DNA of 64,000 nt, taken from assembly GCA_010093815.1 (NCBI GenBank), contig ML996567.1. One strand, given 5' to 3'. The notes beneath the pieces are model-generated. The model was not told the DNA's origin and made no database searches. It worked only from the letters and a program-made list of their open reading frames with translations. Below, piece by piece: positions 1 through 12,679 of the stretch. This stretch comes from Pseudovirgaria hyperparasitica (lineage: Eukaryota). A program made the position numbers and the translations under genes. The stretch's first letter is position 1. Each line of letters begins with the position of its first letter.

Positions 1-71
1 CATAACAAGAGCATTCGGGATGGAGGGTTCGGGCTGCAAACATGCAGGTTTGCGGAGTGAGACCGGCGTAC

Positions 72-108
72 CTATGACGGCAATGAATATCTGCCGGGGT
101 CCTGGCAT
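72..108 (-). CDS. HOM6: First exon of probable homoserine dehydrogenase (gene runs off the left edge of the window)
   Basis: ATG at 108 gives MPGPRQIFIAVIG, then a GTACGC donor at 71. This resembles the fungal homoserine dehydrogenase N-terminus leading into the Rossmann GxGxxG motif. Only 12 codons are visible. Confidence 0.45.
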
Positions 109-1333
109 AGTGGTGAGTTTCCTGTCGTTGAGAGACTTTCGATTGGATCTTGAGTGGGTTTGTTGAGTGCAGAGTGCTGGCGTGATGTTTCTTTTATACG
201 CTTGAACAAGAAAGTAGCAAGACCCTGGTTGGCAATGCTTGACCGATGATGAGGAGCAGGGGCAGGTGAGCTTGAAGTGCAATGTGTGGTGTTTTGGGCA
301 GAAAAGATGTGATGATGGGAATGTATGTGGGATAGTGGGGTGGGTCCTGAGCTTGAGCTTGACCCCGCCTGCATCATCATCATGGTCCCCTCGTCCTCGA
401 GAGCTGCCCACGAGCACCAGAATGGAAAAGGATTTCCCATATGACACCTGAGGCGCCGCGGTCGTACGGAAGTCTCCAGCAAACCTCAATCGTCTATCCT
501 TCGCAGTACCTTCCGACCTGTAGTTGATCACCTAGCCCCGTTCTGGCACTATACAAACATCTCTATGACCCTCTCGACAACACCATCACCAGATGGCCAA
601 AAATCCCGCACCATACCTTACTGTGTACTGCTCGATACATAGCCTCGAGCTGTTACAGCGGATACCGCACCGAAGAAGGGCCCTGCGTAACTGCTTACCG
701 TCGCCTTGTCATCCCCCATGTTGACCAAGCACGAAATACACAGTCCCATTGGACAATGACAATTATCAGAGTGAACACCGACACCACGGACCTGCGCCGC
801 CGGGATTCCAGCGGCACAGTATGACCATGTATAAGCTGTGAACAGATCAGCATCAACAGCAAATACACGGCTCTATGTGAGCGAATTTTAAATTGCATGA
901 CCCCCAACAAAGTCTCCCATCTCTCTCTCGCAGTAAGTCTGACCCTTTTGGGAAACCGTCCTCCCAACAACACAAATCATCTAATGGCATTCGACAGAAC
1001 CTCGAATTGATCCGTTCGTATGGTGGCAAGATGTACGTCTTTCCGCTCAACACCCCACGTCTCGGCGTAACAGACCTCTTCGTCCGGCTCTCGCATGCTC
1101 GGTCATTAGTCGGCTGCATATACTCGCCACTCCTGCCCCCGCGAAAGGACATTCGAGGTTCCGCTGGTAGTGTTAGGACGATGAACTTATGGCGTTGGGG
1201 TTCTGCCGGCGGGTTTATGCAACGTGAGACTCTGGAGCATCGAGTATGCCCGAGCGAGAGGACTGCTAGATTGTGAGAGGGACGGTCCAGATAGACGGTA
1301 CATCTAATCCTGTATCAGCATGCATGCATGGCC

Positions 1334-1340
1334 TGAGTCA
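1334..1340. promoter_or_regulatory. Gcn4/CpcA-type element TGAGTCA, ~1.2 kb upstream of the putative HOM6 start
   Basis: Exact TGASTCA heptamer upstream of an amino-acid biosynthesis gene. The distance is long, so it may be chance. Confidence 0.3.
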
Positions 1341-1950
1341 TGTCTCTTGGCCGGAAAATGCTCTAATTATGACACGTGCTCGTGGGACCGAGATGCAGAC
1401 TGCTCGTGTCGGGGCATGGCGATGGTAGCAGGTGACCTATGACTATCTGATTAAGGGGCTATGGGATAAGATTAGCTGTATCGTAGTATTATCAAAAACT
1501 CAAGCTAGGTCTGATGCATGCACGTGTTCCCTTGGCTGTTCCAGAAAGATAATGCATGCGAATGCATACGTGCAGTCTATTCCCATCTATATATTCACCC
1601 GTGAGAGTGCCGGTGTGTATTTATCAGTATCAAGCGCGATTTAGATCTAGATAACCTTCTGAATGCACTCCTTTCTTCACACTTCCTTCCTTTCTACCAA
1701 CTCATGAAAGACCGGTCTTGTGTGATGGATAGATGGACATATCAGCACCCATGCTCCAGTCAACTGGCTGCTGTATAGTGTGACCGTTCATACTAAACAA
1801 CTCAACAAGACGTCCTCATGCTATAGAGAGGGAGATATTTTCCAGGCCGTCTCCCTGGCATACTGAATAGTCCCAACTTATCTGCCAAACCAACTCCCTC
1901 CCTCCCTTCACAAAACAGCGATAGTCCGGACCCCCTTGTAGTCGGCCCAG

Positions 1951-3431
1951 TCAGGAAGGTATAGCCGCCTGACTAGCCTTCAAAGCCCCAATGACCGTCA
2001 ACGCAAACACCGGAGACACGATATACGACGCCTGTACAAGAATTAGGACAGACCAGAACAGTCCAGAAATAGAAAAAAAGGGGGAAATTTTGTCCGTCCA
2101 ATAAGCTTGGTTCAGGGGGGGAGGGGGAAACCCTTCAACAATGCCCTTCAACGTAACAACGAACTACGTACCGTCAACACTCGCGCAATCTTAAACTCGT
2201 CCTGCTCGTCCGCGCCGCTGCTAACCTGCACCATGGTGATCAGTTTCATGGCCGGTGGACCGGCGGGCATGACCATCATGGCGAACCAGAGCATGGGGTC
2301 GGAGCCGAGAAGCTGTGTGCGCGTTGCGAGGATGTAGATTGCGGGGATGGAGAGCGCGGGCCAGGCGAGGAAGCGGATGAGGAGGATGAGGGATGTTGCG
2401 TGCCAGAGGGGTTTTGTTTGCGTTGTTGGTGTTTTTGGCGTTGTTGTTGCTGTGGCTGTGGTTGGGGTCTGGATCGAGTAGTACAGCGACACGCCCGCGA
2501 TGACGAGCGGCAGCGGCACGAATATACGGCCTATGTTCTCCCACGACGCAGTCAGCCAGGAGCGCAGAAAGCCGCCGTCGCTGGGCGCGGCGAAGAAGGC
2601 GGTTTTGAGCGGGGGCGTGAGGCCGATGAGGGTGCCGGCGAGGGCGCCGAGGAGGGGCGCGTTGAGGAAGTCGTAGAGGAAGAGTAGGGTCCATTGGATG
2701 TTTGGGTGGTGTTTGAGCCAGCGTTTGTGTGTCGCTGCTGCTGAGTAGTATGCTTCTGAGGGGTGGTGGAAGAGCAGTGAGGTGGTGGGACATGGATCTC
2801 GCCGGGCTGGAGATTTGCTCAGGAGGCTTGTTCCTTCTGAGGGGTTGTTAGTTGGGAGAGAGGGATATACGGCTTCTTCGTCGTGTGTTTCTTTATCGTC
2901 TGGCTCAGGGGTTGCTTCTGCGCTGACGAGCCGCGGTCCAACTGCAAATGTCAAGCAACTCGACACAGTCGCAAAGACGAGAAAGTATGACTTCGCCCGC
3001 TCAATAGCACGGGTCGTCGTCTCGTCCGTCACCAACAAGCTGCTCAAGATGCCCGTCTCGCTCAAAGACTGCATCAGCAGCAGCGGATAGCTAGTCGTGT
3101 TGTTAAACATGACCGCAACCGTCACCCATTTCGGCAGGCCAAACACCCTACGTGCAGAGACGCCCATGAGGAACGATACAAAGTGACAGAACACTGCCCA
3201 CGCAAGAACTATCCCATACCGACCAACCCTTTCAGCTTCAATTTCCGCACCGAGCTTGGTGATCAGCAAGGCCGGGAGAAACATGCGGACGCATATCTTC
3301 GAGATGGCCTTTGCATTGCCCTGGTCCAGGAGCTTGAATCGAGCAGCGAGCACGCCGTAGGAGATGACCAGTAGCACCGACAGACCAGCCTGGACGGCTA
3401 CCAGAACGGTATGAGCGATGCTAAAGGCCAT
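1951..3431 (-). CDS. Auxin efflux carrier (AEC / Mem_trans) family membrane transporter, 2 exons
   Basis: ATG 3431 (MAFSIAHTVLVAVQ). Motifs MFLPALLITKLG, FNNTTSYPLLL, NAPLLGA, LLIRFLAWP and PAGPPA. Intron 2032-2171; last exon ASYIVSPVFALTV...TGA at 1951. Confidence 0.9.
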
Positions 3432-4231
3432 GGACGAAATAGTGCCTCGTGTTGCTTGCACGAAAGGAAAAAAATCAAAGATACAGCAGAGACACACTCT
3501 CTCACTCTCACTCTCTCAGAAGTTGGCGACATTCTCACAGATAATAAATACACCATCCAGTAAAGCTACAACTACTGCGCTGCAGGTCGTCACACGGATG
3601 ACCTCCTGCAGATCCATATCTGCTCCCGTGCGCAGGCGTCATCCGCCATAGCATCACAAGATCAGGCGAACCATAGAAGCAAGGATTCGCGACCGGCGAT
3701 GAGAAATCGGAGTTGGCGACCGAAGTCGGGTCCTGCTATAATTAGTGCCCTGCGTACACGCGATTCCAGGGTCTGCGAAAAGCTGGTCACGATGCAGGAA
3801 GGACGCTAGTCCCGAAACGTAATGAACCTTGATGTCCAAATATAAAGCGATGCCAAACAAAGCATACATACGAGGTGAAGGCAAGATATAAGCGACGTAC
3901 GAGTTGCGTCGTGTTTATAGTTCTCCATACGACCGTTTCCGTCAAACACGCCACCGTCACGCAACGTCTAGCCACGCTGAATAACGCAAATCCTCCCATT
4001 GGCCAGCACTGTTACGCAAGCTGACGATTAGACGGGCGCTGATTGGTTCCCTAATTCGAGATACTCCGTCATGCTCTGTCGAATGCTTCTATATCAAACA
4101 ATAAATAGCAGTACCTGCCCGCCATCTATTCCTTCTCTCTACCATCTCTCACAAGCCCTCACTTTCAACTACCAAACATCAGAATACCAATCTTCAAATC
4201 ATCCAATCCAACATTTATACTTCAATCCAGC

Positions 4232-4695
4232 ATGTCTGTCCCAACCTCCGCCATCCCAGCTACCTGCTGCGGCCGCAACGGCGACGCCGCCTGCCCATGC
4301 GCCATGGAGGCAACCTGCTCGTGCGGAAAACAGCCTGCGCTCAAATGTACCTGCGAGAAGGCCGCGACCGAGAACACCCTGTCCGGCGCGAAGTGTTCGT
4401 GCAGTACGTCGCTCTCTTCTCCCTGTCTAGAAGGACCCTTAAGGAGTGAGTGCTAACGTTGTAATGTCCAGATCTTCGCCGTCAAGGTGCCTGCACGTGT
4501 GGCCGTGCCGCGACTGAGAACCAGAGTCCTGCTGCGTCTGCGTGCGCGTGTGGCTTGCGTCCTGCGGGTGCGTAGCCTCTGTTCTATCCTATATTTATCT
4601 CTTTGCTAATGTGTATGTGTGTAGATTCGTGTACGTGCGCTGGCGAGGAGACAGGTCTCAGGGCCGAGGAGACGGATTTCACTACTAAGAGATAG
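4232..4695 (+). CDS. Cys-rich metallothionein-like copper-resistance protein (Crd2-type), 3 exons, ~112 aa
   Basis: Repeated CxC motifs (CSCGKQPALKCTCEKA, CSC, CTCGRA, CACG, CTC). Introns 4404-4471 and ~4568-4624 have CTAAY branch sites. Ends ETDFTTKR-TAG. Confidence 0.88.
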
Positions 4696-5097
4696 ATTGC
4701 TCTGTGGTCGGAGATCTCTTTCTATGGGTGTCTACGTTTCGGGTGTTAAACGGGGATCGGTGGGTAACTGATTATTTTATGGCGAATGATGCTAGGGGGT
4801 GGTCGTTGTGGACAAGATGGCATTTATGGAAATTATGAATGTGGTCGTGGTCGTGGCCGTGGCCTCAATATCGGATGGGATTAGACTTTAGATGGCGCTG
4901 AAGGGGGTGCCCTGGTGTACCATAGCCAAGATGTATCATATGACGACTATCATTGACACTAATTTCGAGGCAGCATTGTGGCCTAGCTGTGTTGACACGT
5001 CTCGCATTTACGAAGCCTCATGGATCGCTCCTTTGTAATGATTGTTCTGAACGCAAAAATACTCACCATCACATTCAGCAGCAACATCTAGGAAGTG

Positions 5098-7023
5098 TCA
5101 TGCGCGATTCCGCGAATCTTTTCCATAAAAATACACATTCCTCCTCTCCGTATACGTCATATCCGTCTTCAAAAACCGATATTCCACCCGACTCTCCGCA
5201 ATAAACACTTTCTATATCAATGCAATTAGCCAAATGACGCCGTCAAGAAATCACGACACGCCAGCTTACCGTATGCACATTCAGCACGTGCCGTTCCTGC
5301 GGCACCTCCTCTTTGCAGCTCACCCCCATCCGACACCCCTCAAGTCCGTTATCCAGGATATCCTGGCATAAGTCGTAGTCTTCCGGCAGTCCTTCCTCGA
5401 ACTTGATGATCTCGGCTGCCACGCGAGCCTCGCCGAAGGAGTCCCACACTCCGTCGCGTACTCGCCGTTGGAGCAGATATCTGATTCCGCGACGGCGGTG
5501 GTACGGATCGCGCATACGATGCGTGCAATGGAAAACGGCCGCCTGGAGACTGATGCTCGGGATCGGGATGAAGCTGACCGCCGCAGTGTTGTACCGCGGG
5601 AGTGCATCGGCAGGAGTATGATCCGTGTTGCCCGGAAGTGTCTCGATGAGGTCCAAGGCAGTCTTGAGCAGGTCGAAGGAGGAGTCCCAGCAGTCGATGA
5701 AGCGGGTGTGTTCGAAGAACCAGGACTTGATGATGCTCTGTGTTGTCAGGCCCCAGATCGCGACCCGTGTGATGGCGGAGATGGTGGTGGGGTCGACGGA
5801 GGGATTGGAGAGGAGGGTGTAGCGGAGGTTGGTAAAGGAACGCATCCATTGCTCGATGGCGGTCATGCAGTGGACTTCAAGGGTGGAGAAGACGCCTTCG
5901 GGGCGGATCTTGTCCACGGAGGGGGTGCGCATGTCTCGGTCTTCGAGGTAGGCTGCGTAGCACATTTGCCGGAAGATCAGGGTGAGGGTATTGCGTGCTT
6001 GTGTTAGGGAGGAGAAGACGGGTGGGATGGAAAGGAGTAAGGGGCCGCTGAATGATTCGAAGTTGTACTCGCAACTCTCGTCGGAAAAAGTCATTGCTTG
6101 AAGGTCAAGCAACGAGAATAGATTGGCAAGCTCCGATTCTTCGGCGTCATCCGTCGAGAAGGCATCTATACTTGCCTTTTTGTCTGGGTGTGCTTTAAGA
6201 ATGCGATTTTCAGACAATATGCGCAGGCCATTCTTTAGATGCATGGCCGAAAGATTGTAGTTACCCACCAGATTCTCATAGCATACGAAAATGATACACG
6301 CGACAAGAACTCTCTCAAGATGCTCACGATCCTTCGACCTGCGTGACAGAAGAGCGTTCGAGCTCTTGATTGCTTGTGCGTACTGCGCCAGGGCAAAAGC
6401 ACCTTTCTCACCCCGAGGCAGTCCCAGCTTGCCATTCCAGTGTTCATGCAAAGAACTCAATGCCAGGATGCCATACCTGATGGACGGTTCATCATGACAC
6501 ATCTGAAGAACACGCCGTTTCCAGAAATCAGTATCGAAGTGACCCAGGGCATTCTGTAGGGTGTATTCTCGAAAGAACTCAAAAGACCGGGCTTCAGCGT
6601 CGTTGCGGAAAGGAGATAAAGAAGGACTTCGAGACACAGGAAGAAGGGGATTGGACTTCCTACCACGGCTATCGGTCCGGAACGAAGCAGTTGTCGAATT
6701 TGGTCGTTGTGGAATTACCAAGAAGGAGGAGTTTCGCTGAGTTGCAGCGGCTGCGGCGGGCGAAAGCTGAGCAATGTCGTAACCAGCACATGTTCGTCCG
6801 GAGCTCCAGCAGCGATTGCACGAAGGTTTGCCTTCGTCACACTTAACTCTTCTAGCTCTGTAAATATGTTAGTATCAATTCCTCTACTCGCCCCAAGTGA
6901 TTGATCAGTTGTTATCTGGCATACTCACCGGCAGGTTTTACACCCTGTCCTAACGCGAAACTTGAATTGCTTCTCTATTGCACGCAGCTGCGCATCTGAA
7001 GTCATCATCGTTTGCATGGACAT
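5098..7023 (-). CDS. Zn(II)2Cys6 transcription factor with fungal-specific TF domain, 3 exons
   Basis: The spliced N-terminus gives RVRTGCKTCR|ARRVKCDEGKPSCNRCWSSGRTCAGY, in frame with ORF 5243-6721 (RSFEFF, EPSIRYGILALSSLHE, ALAQY..AI, HLKNGLRIL). 3' intron near 5212-5269; stop at 5098. Confidence 0.88.
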
Positions 7024-8288
7024 GTTCTGTATGTATAGTACGCCTCCCTCAGTGATAGAGTCCAGAATATCAACAAGCGAGTCCCCACTTGTCAGCTGTC
7101 AGGTCTCTAATAATGACCCTGTGAGACAACAAGCTCCGCGTCAGAATGAGCCTTGCACAATTACTCTCAGCAGTTTGATAATGAAATCATGGCTGCCTCC
7201 AAAACGAAAAACCCGAATGCTTCTAGACTAATTACCTAGCGAGACAGAAGAGGCCGAACAGACCTAGAGGGACGAATAGCTAGACCCAATCGGAACCTGC
7301 CCGTCCAACCAGGATGCCTAAAAGTAAGTACTGTACATATGTGACTACACGTGACTTGAATTGGTTTTTGGTGCACTATCATTTGATTATCGTTGACCCA
7401 TGTTACTTCATGTTTTGTTTAGAGCATATAGGCTCATGAGTCAGCCCAAGACCTACAGCCTCGAAAAATGGTACATCACGACAATATCGGCTGTTTGCAA
7501 GTGGGTAACGACGGTTGGAACGAATGGCTGCGCATCTGGCTCCCGATTCTTTCTAATTCTACATTTGCGTGCATGGCAATCTTCGAACTTGTCTAGCCTA
7601 TGGCGATCTCTGCTTGTCGGATATCATACGCCCATGATCGTAATCGTATATTGGGCAAAATGACCACCGAGAAGCTTTCAGCTGAGACATCCTCGGAGCG
7701 TATACCTTCGCGAAGCATATCACATTTGATACTATTGCTTTTTTGGAACCGCTATCGACATTTGTATACCGCATAGTGGGTCTGTTCAGGTGTATATATG
7801 TTGCGCCTGGTAGTTACACATATAGGCCGATAGATACAATTTGGCCCGGAGCCAAAGACGAGCGACAGGTATTATTGAAAATAGACAAAAGGTTTTGCAG
7901 GTATGCTAGGAAGCTGCACACCAACGGCTCAGCATGTGACGTGTGAATAGAGACCAAAATGGGAGATATGAGAGCGTGTCTGTCATAAGCAGACATTCGG
8001 CGGCCGAAAAGAGTTTAGAGCAGTACTGATGCCGAATATACAATGGGTGTCCTGCAGGTCTGCGTTTCACCGCAGAATAAACCCATGAGAGCGAACCTAG
8101 AAACGGAACTAGTGCACACAGTCTCACAAAAATAGATATTTTTGCGGAATCATTTTGCAATGACACAAACCGCCAAAAAGTGATGTGTTTCCAAGACGTG
8201 CCTCGACGCCATAGCAGCCTCTGCCTAAAGGACAGCGAAGATGCTTGGAACAATGAACCTCCTACTAGATGTGATATGCCATTCGAGG

Positions 8289-8942
8289 CTATTTGATGTT
8301 GTTGAACAAGTCATCAGCACCCAAGTCACCGCCATCTAATTTCCCCAGCTCTGGAATGGTCGGCGGCGGCGGACCTCTTGCGATCCTTGGCTGTTTTGCG
8401 TTCTCTTTGTCTTGCGTTATGCTTCCATCGTCAGATGTGAACAGCGAACTCTTTCTTTTACTGAACCAGCCTGTACTTTTCCTCTTGCTTAATATTGGAC
8501 TGTTCGGGGCATTGTAGACCGTAGTGCTAGTTCTGGAATCAATTGTATTTGGCGTTGAAGGACGGTCTCGTAGCGAGTCAGAGGAACCGAGGCTTCGTAG
8601 ACCCAGGAAGCGTCGTACTGAGGATGGCCGCTTTGTGGAAGTTATGGGAGACTTTAAGGGTTCTGTCAAGGTGGAATCCGCCTGCGCGAAGGTGTCTATT
8701 GCCTTTGGTGCCCCGTTCTGCTTTTGGTCTGATAATCCGTTTATAGCTGCGCTCCCAAAGTAGCCATTGCCTGTGAAAGTGCCGGACGGGGTGGTAGGGT
8801 GCGACGAGAGAGGTCCTCTGCCGGGAGTGGGAGGACGAGGCTCATCAGGTGAGTCCTGCGGAGGAGGAATATTTGTGCCATCAGTGAGCGACACGTTGAT
8901 CGGGGAGAGGGTGGGAAGCTGGAATTTCCCGTTCTTCGACAT
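8289..8942 (-). CDS. Conserved fungal hypothetical protein, S/P-rich, probably disordered
   Basis: Single ORF from ATG 8942 (MSKNGKFQLPTLSPINVSLTDGTNIPPP) to GGDLGADDLFNNIK. Coding-like composition. Confidence 0.75.
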   Translation of the reverse strand: MSKNGKFQLPTLSPINVSLTDGTNIPPPQDSPDEPRPPTPGRGPLSSHPTTPSGTFTGNGYFGSAAINGLSDQKQNGAPKAIDTFAQADSTLTEPLKSPITSTKRPSSVRRFLGLRSLGSSDSLRDRPSTPNTIDSRTSTTVYNAPNSPILSKRKSTGWFSKRKSSLFTSDDGSITQDKENAKQPRIARGPPPPTIPELGKLDGGDLGADDLFNNIK

Positions 8943-9397
8943 CGTGATTGTTGAGGCGTCGGTCGCGTTTGTTATGTGTGTCGGCTCAGGCTCAAGCGTT
9001 GCGCACGCGTTCAGGGGAGATGATGAGCTTGTCAATCACCTGAGGATACCCTGTGGCGTCGCGACGAAGACACAATTGTAGCTTGAACCGAAAGACAGGA
9101 GAAGGTAGTAATTACCGTGCAGGGGCAGGAAAAGACCGTTGCACTGAGGCGACACAGCAAGGATTGCTTGTTTGGGTTGCCGGATGGCTCTCGTGAGTGG
9201 AGACTTCAGCAAGGGAAGGGTTCGGTTTCGGTTCTCCCGTCTCTCCTGCGCCCGAGTGCCCCCGACTGGCGCTCGTGCGCGCTAATTTAGTGCTCCGCCT
9301 GTGTGAAAAGCAAATATCATTCGCATTAATCCTCCGAACAGACGCCACTCCCAACGTCCTTTCTCATATATATACATATATACATATAGAAATTGAC

Positions 9398-10110
9398 ATG
9401 GAGGATGAAGAAAGCTTACGTCATGGAAGCTTCATGCGTGAGGCTCTCAGTATGGTGGGACCTACTTTACTCACTCGATTCCATACCACATTCGCTGACG
9501 CACTGAAAGGCAGAGCTAGCACTCGAAAGCGACGAAACACCTGTGGGATGCGTTTTTGTGCATGATGGTAAAATTATTGGCAAGGGTATGAACGACACCA
9601 ATAGATCTCTCAATGTAGGTGATTGTCGTGATGCTAACGCCCCATGATTATCTCCGCGCTAACATGGCAAAGGGCACGCGACATGCTGAATTTGTTGCTT
9701 TAGCAGAGATCCTGGCTAAGTACCCACTAAGTATATTGAAAGATACAGATCTGTATGTGACCGTCGAGCCTTGTGTTATGTGTGCCTCAGCACTTCGGCA
9801 GTACGGCATTCGGTTCGTCTATTTCGGATGCTGGAATGAAAGATTTGGTGGAACAGGCGGGGTTTTGAATATTCATGATGAGTGAGTATATATGTCTGTA
9901 TGCAACCGTGTCTGAAGTCCCAGATGATAACATTGCGCAAGCCCTTCCGTCGACAAGTCGCTGCCTGTTAGAGGCAACATATTTCGAGAAGAAGCCATCA
10001 TGCTCCTGCGCCGATTCTATGTTCAGGAGAACGAAAAGGCGCCAGCACCTAAGCAAAAGAAAACGCGCGAACTCAAGACGGCGATCACGCCGCTGGAGTT
10101 CAAGAAGTGA
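9398..10110 (+). CDS. TAD2: tRNA-specific adenosine-34 deaminase catalytic subunit, 4 exons
   Basis: FMREALSM|AELALESDETPVGCVFV, HAEF, LYVTVEPCVMCASAL (HxE...PCxxC deaminase motif), NERFGGTG, LLRRFYVQENEKAP. Confidence 0.93.
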
Positions 10111-10184
10111 TTCCGAGACACCCTTTGTATCCAACTGACGAGGTCAACGTATATCCCATTGGTGGCCATCAATATCGACATAGC

Positions 10185-11869
10185 TCAATTCGAGCTATCG
10201 GTACCTGTCTTATCCAACACGTGGCTAAGAAGCTTGCTCAATGAATCCGAGCACCGCTTCTTATCGCGTATGTGTGCGAGAAGTGGCATGTCCGCCTTGA
10301 TCTCATCGACGACTTCTTCTAGGCACCCCTCTAGTACCTTTCGCATTCCCTTGTCCGCCTCCATCGATTGATCGTGCAATGGGTCTTTGAAGAATGTTCC
10401 CAATGATCGAGCGAGAGTGGCGTATGGGATCGGTCGCAGTGCCTCAATTTTTAGTTTCACATGCTCCATAATATTGGCTAATGCTCTATGCGACGCAATT
10501 CTCCAGACATACGTGCACTCAGTAAGAGCAAGTCGCTTTTCTTTGTCGGAGAGCGCTGCCTTCGGGCAGAGTGTCTGGGTCTTCCAGTCGACTAGATGAG
10601 GTGCAAAGTCCCCCTCTGTGACGATATCGTGAATGAGAGAAAAGTGTCTTGGGTCAATGGCACTCCAAGTTGCGGACTTGATGACATAACCTCGTTCTGG
10701 GTCCTTCGTTTTGGTATTACTGAGACCCCATGATTCAACTACTTTGGCATCAAACACGAAGTCCTTACTTGGGACTTGCTGACCACTGGACGTCAGACCG
10801 CCACCGATCATCAAAGTTACTTTTCGATTGTTGAGTCTACGTCATGTTAGTATATGTTTGTCACGGAAAGTTTGAAGATTTTACACTCGTCTCCATTTGG
10901 CTGCAATCTTCGCCTGTGTGAAAGGATCACTGACGTTCGGCGGAGGAGACTGGCTGACCGGGCGGTCTTCCTCATCCTCCTCATTCTCGGTTTCGTCGCT
11001 ACTTACTTCGACCGACGACAGCTCTTCAATATCATCGTATGCGATCCTAGCTTGGTTCTGGGAATCGGTGAGCCTAGAGTGAGCTTCAGAAGGTAACGCC
11101 ACCCTTGGGTCATAGATTGTCATTTGGCCATGCTCTAGAGGAACTCTAATGAGAGCGTTCAAATGGTGGTCAGACTTTGCTCCAACATCGAAAACGTCCT
11201 TACAGGTCTTCTTTGCTACTGGGGCTGACATTTCGACCTTACTTTTCCGCTTAGCATCACCACAAGTCAGAGCCTTCGGCAGTTCAACTGATGCTCGTAG
11301 ACCGAAACGGGAAGTCAGATCAGTGGTCGTCACGGCCTTTGAGAATCGTGTGGGACATGGCAACGACTCATTACTATTGAACCTAACCCCGTCCTTGGCC
11401 ACTGACTGAGGGTGATCCGGTTCCAGCTTTCTGACCTCAACAATCATGCAGTCGTCCTCGGCTGGCTCTTTTATAGCCATCACCGCTTCCCAGTACTTCA
11501 AATCAGGATAACCACCGTTGGTCGTCTGTACCATATTGTGTGCATGAGCATTCTCCAAGAGCTTTTGCACAGGTGGATAGTCGTAGGGGCTCAAGTCTCT
11601 TGGCTTCACCCATATTCTATGACTATCATCAGTGTCGAAGATATGTTGATGTCCAAGAGACTTATTTACCTTTGTATGTTCCTCTTGGCTAGCCGCAAGA
11701 CTGCAATTGAGTCATGCTCTGGTCTTTGTTGTTCGCCAGTCATCTTCTCCGAAGTTGATACTATTACTGGCCAGGCTGGAACTTCGCCTGTCCACAGATA
11801 ATATTTTCCTAGAGAGATCTCTACGGTATGCATTGGCTCCGCCAATAGGTGAGGTACATGGTCTTCCAT
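10185..11869 (-). CDS. Lineage-specific hypothetical protein, 3 exons, C-terminal part resembles a divergent BTB/POZ-type region
   Basis: ORFs 11666-11869, 10881-11609 and 10185-10814 can be joined by short GT-AG introns. The C-terminal IDPRHFSLIHDIVTEGDF...YVWRIA...IMEHVKLKI pattern is reminiscent of fungal BTB-like proteins. Confidence 0.6.
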
Positions 11870-12679
11870 AGAGCGAGCTGTTAGGCAGATAGACTTGTTG
11901 TGGGTTTATTGCATTCCGATCTATTTGTGCGGATTGTGAAGGTGGTAAAAATTATTGATGAGATCTGACCTTGTGTTGATGCTAAAGTGAATCAATCGGT
12001 GTGGTTTATATAAATTTAAGTGAAATCGAATGCTCAAAGTCAATTTTAGTGATGATACCCGAGCTCACACGCATAACGTGAAGTGGAGAGTGTATCTAAT
12101 GAAGTGTTGAGCAGCTGTAGCTTTTCTCTCACAAAGCTTACACATAGCCCCTGCAGAACTGAAGTACTTCAGAGCTGCTGCTTAAGTCGACAGTATTCTT
12201 CTCTGATATCTTCTCTACAACATGATCTCAGGTATTAGTACCAAATGCAACAGTCGTCTTCATCTTCACAGCTGTCTTGGCCATAACACACGTAACCATT
12301 ACCGGCTGATGAAGACATGTCAAATAGCTCCGTTCAGCCTGTATACCGTGATACGACGTGTTAATAGACTTGTCGAAGACATGCATGTAATAAAATCAAC
12401 AGTGGTGGTTTCTAGCAGGAGAGCTCATTCAAGATCCTGAGCTTGGATCCAAGTGGGGCCATAGAGCATGAATGCAGCCAATCATAATCTATAAAGCTAC
12501 CTCGACATCTGTCCTTCCAAAAAGACCACTGCGCATCAATATACATCTCGACACCTCAATTAGCACCACTCCAGAGTGAGCCTCGCCCTAGGTGCCTACA
12601 CGCCCTTTCTATCAGTCCTCGCCTCCTTTCTGGGCCCACGACGAGCAATAACATCCCTCCGGCTTCTGCGCGTGTCAAA

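Noticed and set aside
695..1276. Overlapping ORFs of 92-127 aa on both strands
   Set aside because: No motif or codon-bias support; probably non-coding.
12049..12180. GTGATGA...CTGA (C/D box-like) and the imperfect palindrome GCAG-AA-CTGAAGTACTTCAG-AG-CTGC at 12153-12178
   Set aside because: No terminal stem or recognisable rRNA guide for a snoRNA; a single short palindrome is compatible with chance.
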